Below, one piece after another: positions 47,683-56,677 of a DNA stretch of 64,000 bases. The DNA comes from Candidatus Eiseniibacteriota bacterium (GTDB lineage Bacteria > Eisenbacteria > RBG-16-71-46 > JABDJR01). Where the stretch lies: the NCBI GenBank assembly GCA_963783375.1, contig CAWANH010000029.1, positions 832,001 to 896,000 on the forward strand, read 5' to 3'. The notes beneath the pieces were generated by a model. The model made no database searches. It was not told the origin of the DNA and saw nothing but the letters and a program-made list of their open reading frames with translations. Positions within the stretch are counted from its first letter, which is position 1. Every line of letters starts with the position of its first letter. The position numbers and the translations under genes are program-made.

Positions 47683-50289
47683 TCATGAGACCGCGCCCCC
47701 CTTTCGGGCCGTTTGCTGCCACCACGCGAAACCGGACGCAACGACGGCGAGCGGGTCGAGAACCTGGTTCCGACCGGGAATCATGAGACCGCTCCGGTGA
47801 ACCCGCAGCAGCCGCTCGTCGAAGTCCGCCCAATTGCAGAGGACGGTGGTGAGAAGTTCGGGGCGCACGCTGTCGGGGCGGTTCAGGGCGAGGGTCAGAC
47901 CCAACCGGGGGCCCCCTTCCTCTCCGCGCTCGACCACGGCCCGAATCAGGGACGGTCTGGCATTGAATGTCCGTGAATCCTCGCCCCGCACCTTGGTCAC
48001 CTCGATGACCTTCGCGGCCAGTGCCCGGTCCACGCTCTCGCGCAGCCGGGTCTCCAGCTCCCCGGGGGACATGCCCCCGAATTGGTCCCGGACCAGGGTG
48101 GCGGGGAACGAAACTTCGTAAACTGCTATCTGGATCGCGCTGTTCAGCGAATCCGGCTCGGTGCGAATGGGGGCCTGTGCCGTCACCTGGAGCCCGGCGG
48201 GAAGCGCCTGATTGAAAAGGGTGACAAAGGACTCCGGCACATCCCGGGCGAAGGCGACGTCGAAGTATTCCGCGTCGCTGGTCATGCCGAGGGGTAGGGG
48301 GGGACCGAAGGAGAGCTTCGGCCTCCGTCCCTTGCCCTGGGACACGGCCAGCGGAAGCTGGGTCCGCCTAAACGCACGCTCAAGAGAGCGGGTCACATCC
48401 AGATGGGCGGTGAACCGCGCGGGTTCGCCTTTGGAGAAGCGCAGGCGGTATCTCTCCGCCTGACGGGCTTCCCGCCCTCTGCCCGCCCGCCGGGGACGCC
48501 GGCCCGCCGTCCAGGCGGGCGCGTCGAACCCCGGGGTGGACGCGCCGGCGCCGGTGGACCCGGCCCGGGCGTCCGTCCGCTTCGAGGATTCCCCTCCCCC
48601 GTTACCGAGGGGCGGGGACTCGAGCACGACGTGAGACCAGGGAGTAGGTTGGAGGTCGTCGGGAGGAAAGCCGGCGACCCCGAGGGCGGTCATCGCCTCT
48701 TCCCACCGCGACGCCGAGAACGCGTCGGGATCGGACTGGCGGCGCGCCCCCTGGCGCGACACCTGATCCAACACCGCGGCCGCCCGTTCGTCGCTCCGGA
48801 GGAGCAACGCCTCCACCCGGGCCGCCCGGGGGGAGCGAACGGAGACCTTGACCTTCCGCCGCGCCAGGCGGCGGCGCCATCCTTCGACGACGGCCAGGCA
48901 TGCGTCCTCGTCGGTGGAAGCCTCCAACTCCCACCGGGTGTGCGGGCGGGGAACGAAGGGAACGACCTCCACGCTCAGCCGCGGGGCGCCGCCCTGCGGC
49001 GTCCGAATGGACTGAATCGCTTCCATCGTCTCCAACCATTCCTCGCGATCGTCCTCGGTCTCCCCGGGAAGGCCCAGGAGGACCTGGAGTCGGATGGCCG
49101 ACCACCCGCCCCGCCACGCGGTCTGGACGGCCTCGAACAGCCGCTCCTTGGTGAGCGGCCGGCCGATCATCTCGCGGAGACGGGCGGAGGGAGCCATGGG
49201 CTCGAACGTGAACCGGGCGCGGCGCCCCTTGCGAAGCTCGCGGGCCAGGGCGGGAGCCACCCGGGTCGGGTCCACGTCTTCCAGCCGGAACTGGACGCCG
49301 TACGGTCCAAACCTCTGGTTCATCGCTTCGAGGAGCGGCACGATCTCGGGATGGCGGCTCCCCGCCGCCGAGGCCAGAACCACCGCTCCGTGCCCGCTCG
49401 CCGCCAGCGCGGCCTCGGTTTCGCGAAGCACGCGTTCCAACGAGCGCACGCGGAGCAAGGCGGGCGCCGAGGCCGGATCGTCCACCCCCCGGTGGCGGGC
49501 GATCTCCACCACCAGTCCCTCCGCTTCGGTTTCCGCGAAGGGGACGATGGGGGCATCGGAAATCGGGGGAAGGTGGGCGAGCCAGCGGGCGCGCACCGGG
49601 GCTCCGTCCCCGTTTCCGTTCCGGTGTTCGGCCGCCGAGGCCCCGGTCTTGATCTCCGGGACCAGGATCCCGTCCCGGCCCTCGAAGAGCGCCCGGAGTT
49701 CGCTCCGGGTGCGATCGCCGCGGCGGCGGAGTTCCCGCCCCACCTCGAGCAGATCCGCGGCGAAGGCCTCGGGATCCCCGACCAGGAAGGCATCCACCCA
49801 GGGCGCGGCGGGCCGGGGGGTGAGCGAGAGTTCCCCCGCCATCACCACGAGGGGATCCCCGGCGGACCGGAGAGCCGAACGGAGCTCCACCCCCGCCAGA
49901 TCCAGCATGGCCGCCAGGTCGGGAAGGTCCAGCACGCCGTCGGGAAGGGCGATCAGAAGATCGTAGTCCGCCAGCGGGCGCCGGGCTCCCAATCCGAAGA
50001 GCGGCACCCCCTGGCGCCGGAGCTCCGCTTCGAAGTCCGGGGCGGGGGCGAACGCGAGGTCCACCAGCACCTGGTCGGGCTCTCCCGCACCCCGCAGCGC
50101 ATCGAGCAAACCGGGCACGCGCGCCCGGCCCAGGCCGGACTCGAGGGGACCGGGATAGACCAGACAGACCCGCACGCCGGCTCGATCGAAGTCGGGAAGG
50201 CGGCCGTGGGCGAAAGGGTTTTGGTACCGGTTCGGCTTGGAGACCAGGGGGAGGACACATTCCTCCAACCGGTCCGTTACGAGTTCCAT
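47683..50289 (-). CDS. Degenerate TIGR03960-type radical SAM domain fused to a TIGR03936/DUF2344 domain; lacks CxxxCxxC
   Basis: LPLVSKPNRY, FAPAPDFE..LR....PLF, DAFLVGDPE, LGLPGETEDD, FVPRPHT; C-terminal RFTAHLD..RAFRR..LP..SQG..PKLSFGPPLPLG..S.AEYFD; cluster loop reads EIARHRGVDDPASAPALLRVRS. Confidence 0.85.
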   Translation of the reverse strand: MELVTDRLEECVLPLVSKPNRYQNPFAHGRLPDFDRAGVRVCLVYPGPLESGLGRARVPGLLDALRGAGEPDQVLVDLAFAPAPDFEAELRRQGVPLFGLGARRPLADYDLLIALPDGVLDLPDLAAMLDLAGVELRSALRSAGDPLVVMAGELSLTPRPAAPWVDAFLVGDPEAFAADLLEVGRELRRRGDRTRSELRALFEGRDGILVPEIKTGASAAEHRNGNGDGAPVRARWLAHLPPISDAPIVPFAETEAEGLVVEIARHRGVDDPASAPALLRVRSLERVLRETEAALAASGHGAVVLASAAGSRHPEIVPLLEAMNQRFGPYGVQFRLEDVDPTRVAPALARELRKGRRARFTFEPMAPSARLREMIGRPLTKERLFEAVQTAWRGGWSAIRLQVLLGLPGETEDDREEWLETMEAIQSIRTPQGGAPRLSVEVVPFVPRPHTRWELEASTDEDACLAVVEGWRRRLARRKVKVSVRSPRAARVEALLLRSDERAAAVLDQVSRQGARRQSDPDAFSASRWEEAMTALGVAGFPPDDLQPTPWSHVVLESPPLGNGGGESSKRTDARAGSTGAGASTPGFDAPAWTAGRRPRRAGRGREARQAERYRLRFSKGEPARFTAHLDVTRSLERAFRRTQLPLAVSQGKGRRPKLSFGPPLPLGMTSDAEYFDVAFARDVPESFVTLFNQALPAGLQVTAQAPIRTEPDSLNSAIQIAVYEVSFPATLVRDQFGGMSPGELETRLRESVDRALAAKVIEVTKVRGEDSRTFNARPSLIRAVVERGEEGGPRLGLTLALNRPDSVRPELLTTVLCNWADFDERLLRVHRSGLMIPGRNQVLDPLAVVASGFAWWQQTARKGGAVS

Positions 50290-50410
50290 ATGTCTTTATG
50301 ATCCAACAGGATAAGGCCGTTCGAGACCCGGGGTGCACACGGCCGCTGGTCCCGTGACGGGACCCTGCCGACGGGAACCCTCGAAGAGGGCCGATTTGCC
50401 GCAGTCGTGC

Positions 50411-50440
50411 AAACTATCATGAGGGTTGTAATTCCCTCAA
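50411..50440 (-). promoter_or_regulatory. Putative promoter containing a palindrome
   Basis: TTGAGG-N18-TAGTTT (extended TG) containing TGAGGG-N8-CCCTCA. Confidence 0.4.
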
Positions 50441-50581
50441 CGGCTTTCCCGCCGGGAACCCGTGGAAACACGGGACGCGGTCCGAACGGGGTTCGCGACC
50501 GGCCCGCCGGGGGGGGCGATCTTCCCACGAACGGACGCGGATGTCACCACGGGATATGAAGTTGGAGAATTTTCTCCCGCC

Positions 50582-51328
50582 TCAGGCCAGGGCCAGGGCC
50601 ACCGGAACCACCCGCGTCGCCCCCGCCGCCTCCAGGGCCCGGGCCGCGGCAAGCAGGGTGGAGCCGGTAGTGGCCACGTCGTCCACCAGGACCCAGCTTC
50701 GCCCGGTGATCCAGGCCCCTTCCCGACTCGCGAAGGCGCCGGCCACGTTCCCCGCACGGCTCGATTCGGGGAGGCGGGCCTGGGCCCGGGTGGCCCGGGC
50801 GCGGCGGAGCGCTTCCGGGACCGGCGGGCACGCCCATCGAGGCGCCGCCGCCCCGGCCAGGAGCCCGGCCTGGTTGTACCCCCGGGCCCGAAGCCGGGTG
50901 CGATGAAGCGGCACCGCGGTGAGGCAGGCCCCGGCGAGGCCCGGGTCCACCCGACCGGCCAGGATCCGTCCCAGGGGCCGGGCGAGATCCCGCCGGCCGT
51001 GATACTTGAGGCCGTGCACCAGGGCGTCGAGGGGCGGCTCCATCCAGTAGGCGGCCCGGCCCCGCAGGCGGTCGTGCCCGGGACGCCGGCACGCGTACCC
51101 GGCCTCCCGGTCTCCCCCGGGACGCTCCTCGCTCCGGCAGGCGAAGCAGATCCAGCCCGGCGGCGCGGGCCGGAGGGCGCGCCGGCACCGCCCGCAGATC
51201 CAGCGCCGCGGGCCGATCTCCTCGCCGCAGCCCGGACAGAGGGGGGGAAGCAGGGTGTCGAGGAGGAGGCGCGCGGCGGCGCGGGCGGAACCGGGAAGGC
51301 GGCGTCCGGCTCGTTGCAGTGGATTCAC
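50582..51328 (-). CDS. comF: ComF family protein (double zinc ribbon plus phosphoribosyltransferase)
   Basis: CPGC, CGRC, CFAC, LKY, VPLH..R.R.RGYNQA, LVDDVATTGST. Confidence 0.9.
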   Translation of the reverse strand: MNPLQRAGRRLPGSARAAARLLLDTLLPPLCPGCGEEIGPRRWICGRCRRALRPAPPGWICFACRSEERPGGDREAGYACRRPGHDRLRGRAAYWMEPPLDALVHGLKYHGRRDLARPLGRILAGRVDPGLAGACLTAVPLHRTRLRARGYNQAGLLAGAAAPRWACPPVPEALRRARATRAQARLPESSRAGNVAGAFASREGAWITGRSWVLVDDVATTGSTLLAAARALEAAGATRVVPVALALA

Positions 51329-51440
51329 GATGACCGCTCGATCCGGCGGGGTATTCGGCGGGGTGTTCAGTGTAGCGCACCCCGGCGGGGGCGGCGGGGT
51401 GTCCCCATGCGAGCCCCATCTGCTCCCTCTCCGGCCGCGA

Positions 51441-53060
51441 TCATTCCTTCCGGAGGAACACCACCACGTGGAAGTTCCGTTCCCTCCCCGCCACAAGCTC
51501 CATCAGCCGCTCGTAGTGCGGGTCGTTCCGGAGCAGGGTGTCGGGCACGTCTCCCCAGAGCCGCGGCCCGTAGTGGTTCTCCCACAGCACCACGCTCCCC
51601 GGCCGGGCCCCGGCCAGATTCGCCCGGGTGAGCTTCGGGGTCCGGGTGGCATCGTAGCGGTCGCGACCGGAGAAGAAGGCGAACCAGGGATGGTTGGTGT
51701 AGACCACGGCGTTCCCCAGGCCGAGCCGGTCGATCTGCTCGGTGGCCGCCTTCACCGCCGCGCGCTCGGGATCGAGGCCGATGGGGCGGACGGTGAGAAG
51801 CGCCAGCGCCGCCGCTCCCACCCCCGCGGCTATTGCCACCCGGCGCGGGGGAACGAGCCGCGGCCGGAACAGCACGAGCACCCCGCCCGCGGCGAGGAGC
51901 GCGGTCACCACCCAGCGCCATTCCACCCGTCCCGGCCCGATGAAGGACTCCCCCACCAGGACGTGCGAGCCGAAGAGCGCCACCACCGCGGTCCAGGCCA
52001 GCGCGAAACCGATTCGTAGTCCCAGGGGGCGCGGCCGAAGCCCGGACCAGTCCCCGGCCCCACGGGCGGCCACCAGCGCCACCGCCGGGGCTACCACCGC
52101 GATGTGACGGAGAAACCCGACGCTCCGCCCGAAGGGAAGCTTGTCCCAGGCCAGGAGGCTCAGGAGAACCACGTCCACCACCACCAGGACCACGGCCAGG
52201 ACCGGAAGGCGCGCCGGAGCCTCGGACGAGGCGGGCGCCCGGTTCCCGGAGCGAAGCGCCGCCGCCAGGGCCCACAGGAAGAAGAAGAGGACCACCGCCC
52301 CGATCACCACCACCCCGTTCCGAACGTACTGGAGCGGCCCCAGGCTCACCAGCGGACGCTCGTTCCCCGCCCCCAGCACATAGAGCGGCGACCCGTGGAG
52401 CGCCCAGCCCGCCACCGCCCAGACGGCGCCCGGGAAGAAGGCCCCCAGCCGCGCCTTCCATCCCACCCGGGGCCACGCCGCGGCCAGGACCACCAGGGTG
52501 AGCACGCCGGCCTCGATCCGGGCCAGGGGAAGGAGCCCGGCCAGAAGCACCGCCCGGTCGCGCCGCCCCGCGTACCACGCCCAGAGAAGGGCCGCCATCA
52601 CCAGCGCGGCCATCGGCTCCGCCAATCCCCCGTAGGAGGTTTCGAGGACCAGCGGCTGGAAGAAGAAGAACGGCACCGCGAGCCAGGGGAAGGCCACCCC
52701 CGCCGCCTCGGCGGCCAGGCCGGCCAGGGCCGCCGCCCCCGCCACCGCCACCGCGGTGGTCGCCTCCACCCCCGCATAGCCGAAGAGGCGGGCGGGAAGC
52801 GCGAACAGCGCCAGGGGGACCGGCATCCCCCAGTCGTCGGCGAGGAGCGAGGGGTCCTTCCAGACCTGGCGGGCCATGTAGTAGCGATCGATGTCGTCGT
52901 CCTGGTAGGTGCCGGGGGAACGGGCGGCGTAGACCAGGGCCACGGCCAGGCAGAGAAGGGCGAGGGCGAGGATCGCGCGCCGGGACCGCCCGGAGCCGGC
53001 CTTCCGGCGCGTTCCGCTCCCGGACCGCGGCGCGCGCCGCCCGAGGCCCCGGTTCCCCAT
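51441..53060 (-). CDS. Multi-pass membrane protein, GT-C (PMT/ArnT-like) glycosyltransferase candidate
   Basis: About 12 TM segments, acidic YQDDD loop after TM1, LAEP, LARIE, soluble C-terminal domain; 3 bp after the rodA stop. Confidence 0.6.
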   Translation of the reverse strand: MGNRGLGRRAPRSGSGTRRKAGSGRSRRAILALALLCLAVALVYAARSPGTYQDDDIDRYYMARQVWKDPSLLADDWGMPVPLALFALPARLFGYAGVEATTAVAVAGAAALAGLAAEAAGVAFPWLAVPFFFFQPLVLETSYGGLAEPMAALVMAALLWAWYAGRRDRAVLLAGLLPLARIEAGVLTLVVLAAAWPRVGWKARLGAFFPGAVWAVAGWALHGSPLYVLGAGNERPLVSLGPLQYVRNGVVVIGAVVLFFFLWALAAALRSGNRAPASSEAPARLPVLAVVLVVVDVVLLSLLAWDKLPFGRSVGFLRHIAVVAPAVALVAARGAGDWSGLRPRPLGLRIGFALAWTAVVALFGSHVLVGESFIGPGRVEWRWVVTALLAAGGVLVLFRPRLVPPRRVAIAAGVGAAALALLTVRPIGLDPERAAVKAATEQIDRLGLGNAVVYTNHPWFAFFSGRDRYDATRTPKLTRANLAGARPGSVVLWENHYGPRLWGDVPDTLLRNDPHYERLMELVAGRERNFHVVVFLRKE

Positions 53061-53063
53061 CTC

Positions 53064-54287
53064 CTACACCTCGTTCCGGCGCAGGGAGACGTTCAAGATG
53101 AACCCCATGAGGGCGAGGGTGGTGACCAGGAAGGTGCCTCCGTAGGAGAGAAAGGGCAGGGGAAGGCCGGTCACCGGGGCCAGACCCAGGGTCATGCTCA
53201 CGTTCACCGCCACGTGGAAGACCAGCATGCCGCAGATCCCCACCACCAGGGTGCTCCCGAACCGGCTTCGCGCCTTGAGCGCGATCCCCAGTCCCCGGTG
53301 GACCAGCACCCCGAACAGGAGGAGCACCACCCCGCAGCCGACAAATCCCCATTCCTCGCCAAGAACGGAAAAAATAAAGTCGGTATGGTTTTGAGGAAGG
53401 AAGCCCAGGCCCTTCTGGGTCCCCTTCAGGTATCCCTGCCCGGTCACCCCTCCCGATCCGATGGCGATCTTGGACTGGATGACCTGGTAGCCCGACTGGG
53501 CCCGGTCCTGCTCGGGGTTCAGGAAGGTCACCACCCGCTGGCGCTGGTAGGGCTTGAGCGAGTTCCACAGGATCGGGGTGGCCGCGGCCACCGCCATGTT
53601 GATGGCCAGCACCGCCACCACCAGGTTCCGCCGGGCCCGGGAGAGGAGGAGGATCACCCCCACCACCAGGAGGTACAGGAGCCAGGCCCAGAGATTCAGG
53701 GAGAGGATCGCGCTCAGGAGCGGCGATCCCAATACCAGGATCACCCCGATGGGGAGCCCGGCCCAGAACAGCATGGGGACCACCGCGGCGGGGATGCTGA
53801 GCGAGGTCCCGAGATCGGGCTCGATGAGGATGAGCACGAAGGGAACGGCGGCGGCGGCGAGAACCGGCGCCATGTGGGTGAGCCGGCGGAGGTCGAAGCG
53901 GGGCCGGCTCAGCATGCGGGCCACGAGGAGAATGGTGGCCAGCTTGGCCAGCTCCGAGGGCTGGAACTGGAATCCCGCGAGGGAGAGCCAGCGGCGCGCC
54001 CCCAGGCTCGTCACCCCCACGACCGGCACCGCCAGAAGCAACACCAGGGACACCGCGTAGAAGAAGTGGCTGTATTCCTCCCAGAACCGGAACGGGATGG
54101 CGGTGACGACAAACAGGACGAGGAGCCCCATACCGAGCCAGGTGATCTGATGGCCGAAGAGCGCCGACTTGGCCGGGCTCATCGGCACCTGGCTGGCCGA
54201 ATACACCAGGACCAGCCCGATGACCAGGAGGGTGGCCATGGTGATGACGAAGCCCCAGTCCATCTGGCGAACCGCGCGGCGGTTCAT
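53064..54287 (-). CDS. rodA: Rod shape-determining protein RodA
   Basis: GARRW, QPSELAK, EPDLGT, GYQVIQSKIAIGSGG, HTDFIF, LPFLSYGG. Confidence 0.96.
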   Translation of the reverse strand: MNRRAVRQMDWGFVITMATLLVIGLVLVYSASQVPMSPAKSALFGHQITWLGMGLLVLFVVTAIPFRFWEEYSHFFYAVSLVLLLAVPVVGVTSLGARRWLSLAGFQFQPSELAKLATILLVARMLSRPRFDLRRLTHMAPVLAAAAVPFVLILIEPDLGTSLSIPAAVVPMLFWAGLPIGVILVLGSPLLSAILSLNLWAWLLYLLVVGVILLLSRARRNLVVAVLAINMAVAAATPILWNSLKPYQRQRVVTFLNPEQDRAQSGYQVIQSKIAIGSGGVTGQGYLKGTQKGLGFLPQNHTDFIFSVLGEEWGFVGCGVVLLLFGVLVHRGLGIALKARSRFGSTLVVGICGMLVFHVAVNVSMTLGLAPVTGLPLPFLSYGGTFLVTTLALMGFILNVSLRRNEV

Positions 54288-54339
54288 CTCCGCCTCCCGC
54301 GCGCCGCCCGACCGGGGACGGCATCGAATCCGTGTCGCA

Positions 54340-56202
54340 TCAGTCGGTCTCCTGAACCCGCACCACCAGCGAGTCGTCCACTCCGAAGTAGGCGGAAAGA
54401 ATGCGCTGGGCCACCGGCGCGGCCACCGAACCTCCGTGGCCCCGGTTCTCCAGGACCACCGCCACCGCCACCTGGGGATCGTCGGCGGGAGCATAGGCGA
54501 GGAAGAGGGCATGGTCGAAACCGGGGTTCTGGGCCGTCCCCGTCTTCCCGGCCACGGTCTCCCCGGGAACGGCGGCGCTTCGCGCGGTTCCCCCCTCCAC
54601 CGCCGCCCTCATCCCCTTGTGGACCTCGGCCACCGCGGCGGGGTCGAGCGGGATCTCGATGTAGCTGGGCGCCAGCGCCGGCGCGGGATAGCGGCGATCG
54701 CGGCGGTCCTCGCCCAGGGCCTTCACCAGGCGCGGCCGGGGGCGCCGCCCCCCGGTGGCCATGACCGCGATGTACTCGGCCAGCTCTATCGGCGTGGCCA
54801 GGACCTCCCCCTGCCCGATGATCAGGTTCAGGGCCACCCCGTGACTCCAGCCGCGCGTCCCGTAACGCCGGTCGAAATACCGCGTGTCCGGGATCAGACC
54901 GGTGCGTTCGCCGGGGAGGTCGACTCCGGTGAGGTCGGCAAAGTGGAAGAGCTCCCCGTAGCGGGCGATCCCGTTCACCCCCAGACTCACCGCGAGCTGG
55001 TAGAAGTACACGTCGCAGGACTGGGCCATGGCCTCGACGTCGGTCAGGGCCCCGTGCCCCGCCCGCTTCCAGCACCGGAAGGTCCGGTTCCCGAAGCGGA
55101 ACCCCCCGAAGCAGGGGCTCAGTTTCTGCCCCGGTTGGATGATCCCCTCGGCCAGGGCCGCGTACAGGGACAGGGGTTTGAACACCGAGCCCGGCGGGTA
55201 CACCGACTGGACGGCGCGATTCAGGAGCGGGGCGCTGGGACGATTCAGGGCGTCCCAGGTCTCCTGGCTCAACGCTCCGGAAAACGTGTTGGGGTCGAAC
55301 CCCGGGCGACTGGCCATGACCAGGACGTCCCCGTTCCGGACGTCCATGAGGACCGCCGCCCCCCGGACCTCGGGGGGATCGCCCCTCCCGTCGTAGCCCG
55401 CCCGATCCAGCGCGTTCTCGGCCACCCGCTGAATCTTGGAGTCCAGGGCGAGGGTCACGTCCCGACCGGGCTTGGGGGGGATGGGCTGGGTGCTCAGGAA
55501 CGCATCGCTCCGGCGCCCGGAGGCGTTCACCTCCACGTAGCGAATCCCGTCCTCGCCCCGGAGCTGGCTCTCGTACTCCTTCTCGATGCCGGTCTGCCCG
55601 ATCAACGAGCCCGGCCGGTATTCCTGCCCCTGAAGGGTCTCCAGCTGCTTGTCCCCCACCTCGCCGGTGTATCCCAGAACGTGGGCGGCCAGGGAGTCGG
55701 CGGGGTAGTACCGGATCGCCTCCACCTCCACCGAGACCCCGGGAAGTTCAGCCCGGTGCTCCTCGACCCGTGCCACCTGGGTCGTGTCGGCGCTTCGCAC
55801 CAGCCGGACCGGGTTGTAGCTCGATACTCGCTCCCGCTTCACCACCTGCCGGTAGTGATCCGGGTCTTCCCCCACCAGATCGGCCAGGCGGACCAGGGTG
55901 GAGTCGAGGCGGCCGGCATGATGGACGAACCCCTTGAAGTGGGGGTCGAAGGTGATGATGAACGAGGGGATCATGTCGGCCAGGACGACCCCGTTCCGAT
56001 CGAGAATACGCCCTCTCGGGCCCGGCACGAACTCAGGCCGCCGCCAGTTCCGGAGCGAGAGGTCCCGGCTCTCCTGGGATGAGAGCACCTGGAGCGAGGC
56101 GAGCCGGGCCAACAGCACCAGCATCACGGCCAGACCCACCAGGCGCAGGACCAGGGCCCGCTCCCGGCGGTCAGCCCCGCCTGACGAGTATCTTCCTCTC
56201 AT
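54340..56202 (-). CDS. mrdA: Penicillin-binding protein 2
   Basis: RGRILDRNG, PPGSVFK, SCD, KTGTAQ. Confidence 0.95.
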   Translation of the reverse strand: MRGRYSSGGADRRERALVLRLVGLAVMLVLLARLASLQVLSSQESRDLSLRNWRRPEFVPGPRGRILDRNGVVLADMIPSFIITFDPHFKGFVHHAGRLDSTLVRLADLVGEDPDHYRQVVKRERVSSYNPVRLVRSADTTQVARVEEHRAELPGVSVEVEAIRYYPADSLAAHVLGYTGEVGDKQLETLQGQEYRPGSLIGQTGIEKEYESQLRGEDGIRYVEVNASGRRSDAFLSTQPIPPKPGRDVTLALDSKIQRVAENALDRAGYDGRGDPPEVRGAAVLMDVRNGDVLVMASRPGFDPNTFSGALSQETWDALNRPSAPLLNRAVQSVYPPGSVFKPLSLYAALAEGIIQPGQKLSPCFGGFRFGNRTFRCWKRAGHGALTDVEAMAQSCDVYFYQLAVSLGVNGIARYGELFHFADLTGVDLPGERTGLIPDTRYFDRRYGTRGWSHGVALNLIIGQGEVLATPIELAEYIAVMATGGRRPRPRLVKALGEDRRDRRYPAPALAPSYIEIPLDPAAVAEVHKGMRAAVEGGTARSAAVPGETVAGKTGTAQNPGFDHALFLAYAPADDPQVAVAVVLENRGHGGSVAAPVAQRILSAYFGVDDSLVVRVQETD

Positions 56203-56677
56203 GAAATTTCAATTGCCGGTGGGAAAACCGCTGCACCTCATGGAGCGCGGCGGGCACGAGCGCCGCGGTGAGCATCGAGGAGGGCAGGGTCACACGCGCC
56301 ATGTAGGAGATCAGCCCGTCGATATCGCCTCCCCTCAGAAGAAGGTACACCAAAAGCCCCTGGCCGAGTCCAGCTACCAGGATCGCCAGGCCCTGGGTGA
56401 GTCCCGACTCGCGGTAGACGCTCCGTCCCAGGGAACCGACCGCCCATCCCACCAGGGCCAGGGAGAGCGCGCTCACCCCGATCGGCGTCCCGTAGACCAG
56501 GTCGCGGAACGCGCCGAGAAGAAAGCCGGCGACCGCCCCCACCGGCGGGCGCCGGGCCAGGGCCAGGATGACCGTCATCCCGAGGAGAAAGTCGGGTTGG
56601 ATGGTGAAGCGGCCGAAGAGCGCCAGCCGGAGCCCCTCCAGCGCCAGGGCCAGGGCGAGGACCACCAGGAAGGTCAA
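56171..56677 (-). CDS. mreD: Rod shape-determining protein MreD
   Basis: Hydrophobic, PDFLL, GF..G..RD, located between mreC and mrdA. Confidence 0.85.
   Translation of the reverse strand: MTFLVVLALALALEGLRLALFGRFTIQPDFLLGMTVILALARRPPVGAVAGFLLGAFRDLVYGTPIGVSALSLALVGWAVGSLGRSVYRESGLTQGLAILVAGLGQGLLVYLLLRGGDIDGLISYMARVTLPSSMLTAALVPAALHEVQRFSHRQLKFHERKILVRRG

Noticed and set aside
50452-50480. Plus-strand GGAAC-CCGTG-GAAA-CACGG-GACGC hairpin resembling c-di-GMP-I P2
   Set aside because: Lacks the following AAAGC/P3 elements and has no plus-strand gene downstream.
51367-54324. 985-aa same-strand alternative-frame ORF over rodA and the GT-C gene
   Set aside because: Arg/Gly/Pro-rich, stop-poor frame typical of high GC3; overlaps well-supported genes.
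54340-56202. PBP2 second motif reads SCD rather than SxN
   Set aside because: SxD is normal for the PBP2/MrdA subclass.
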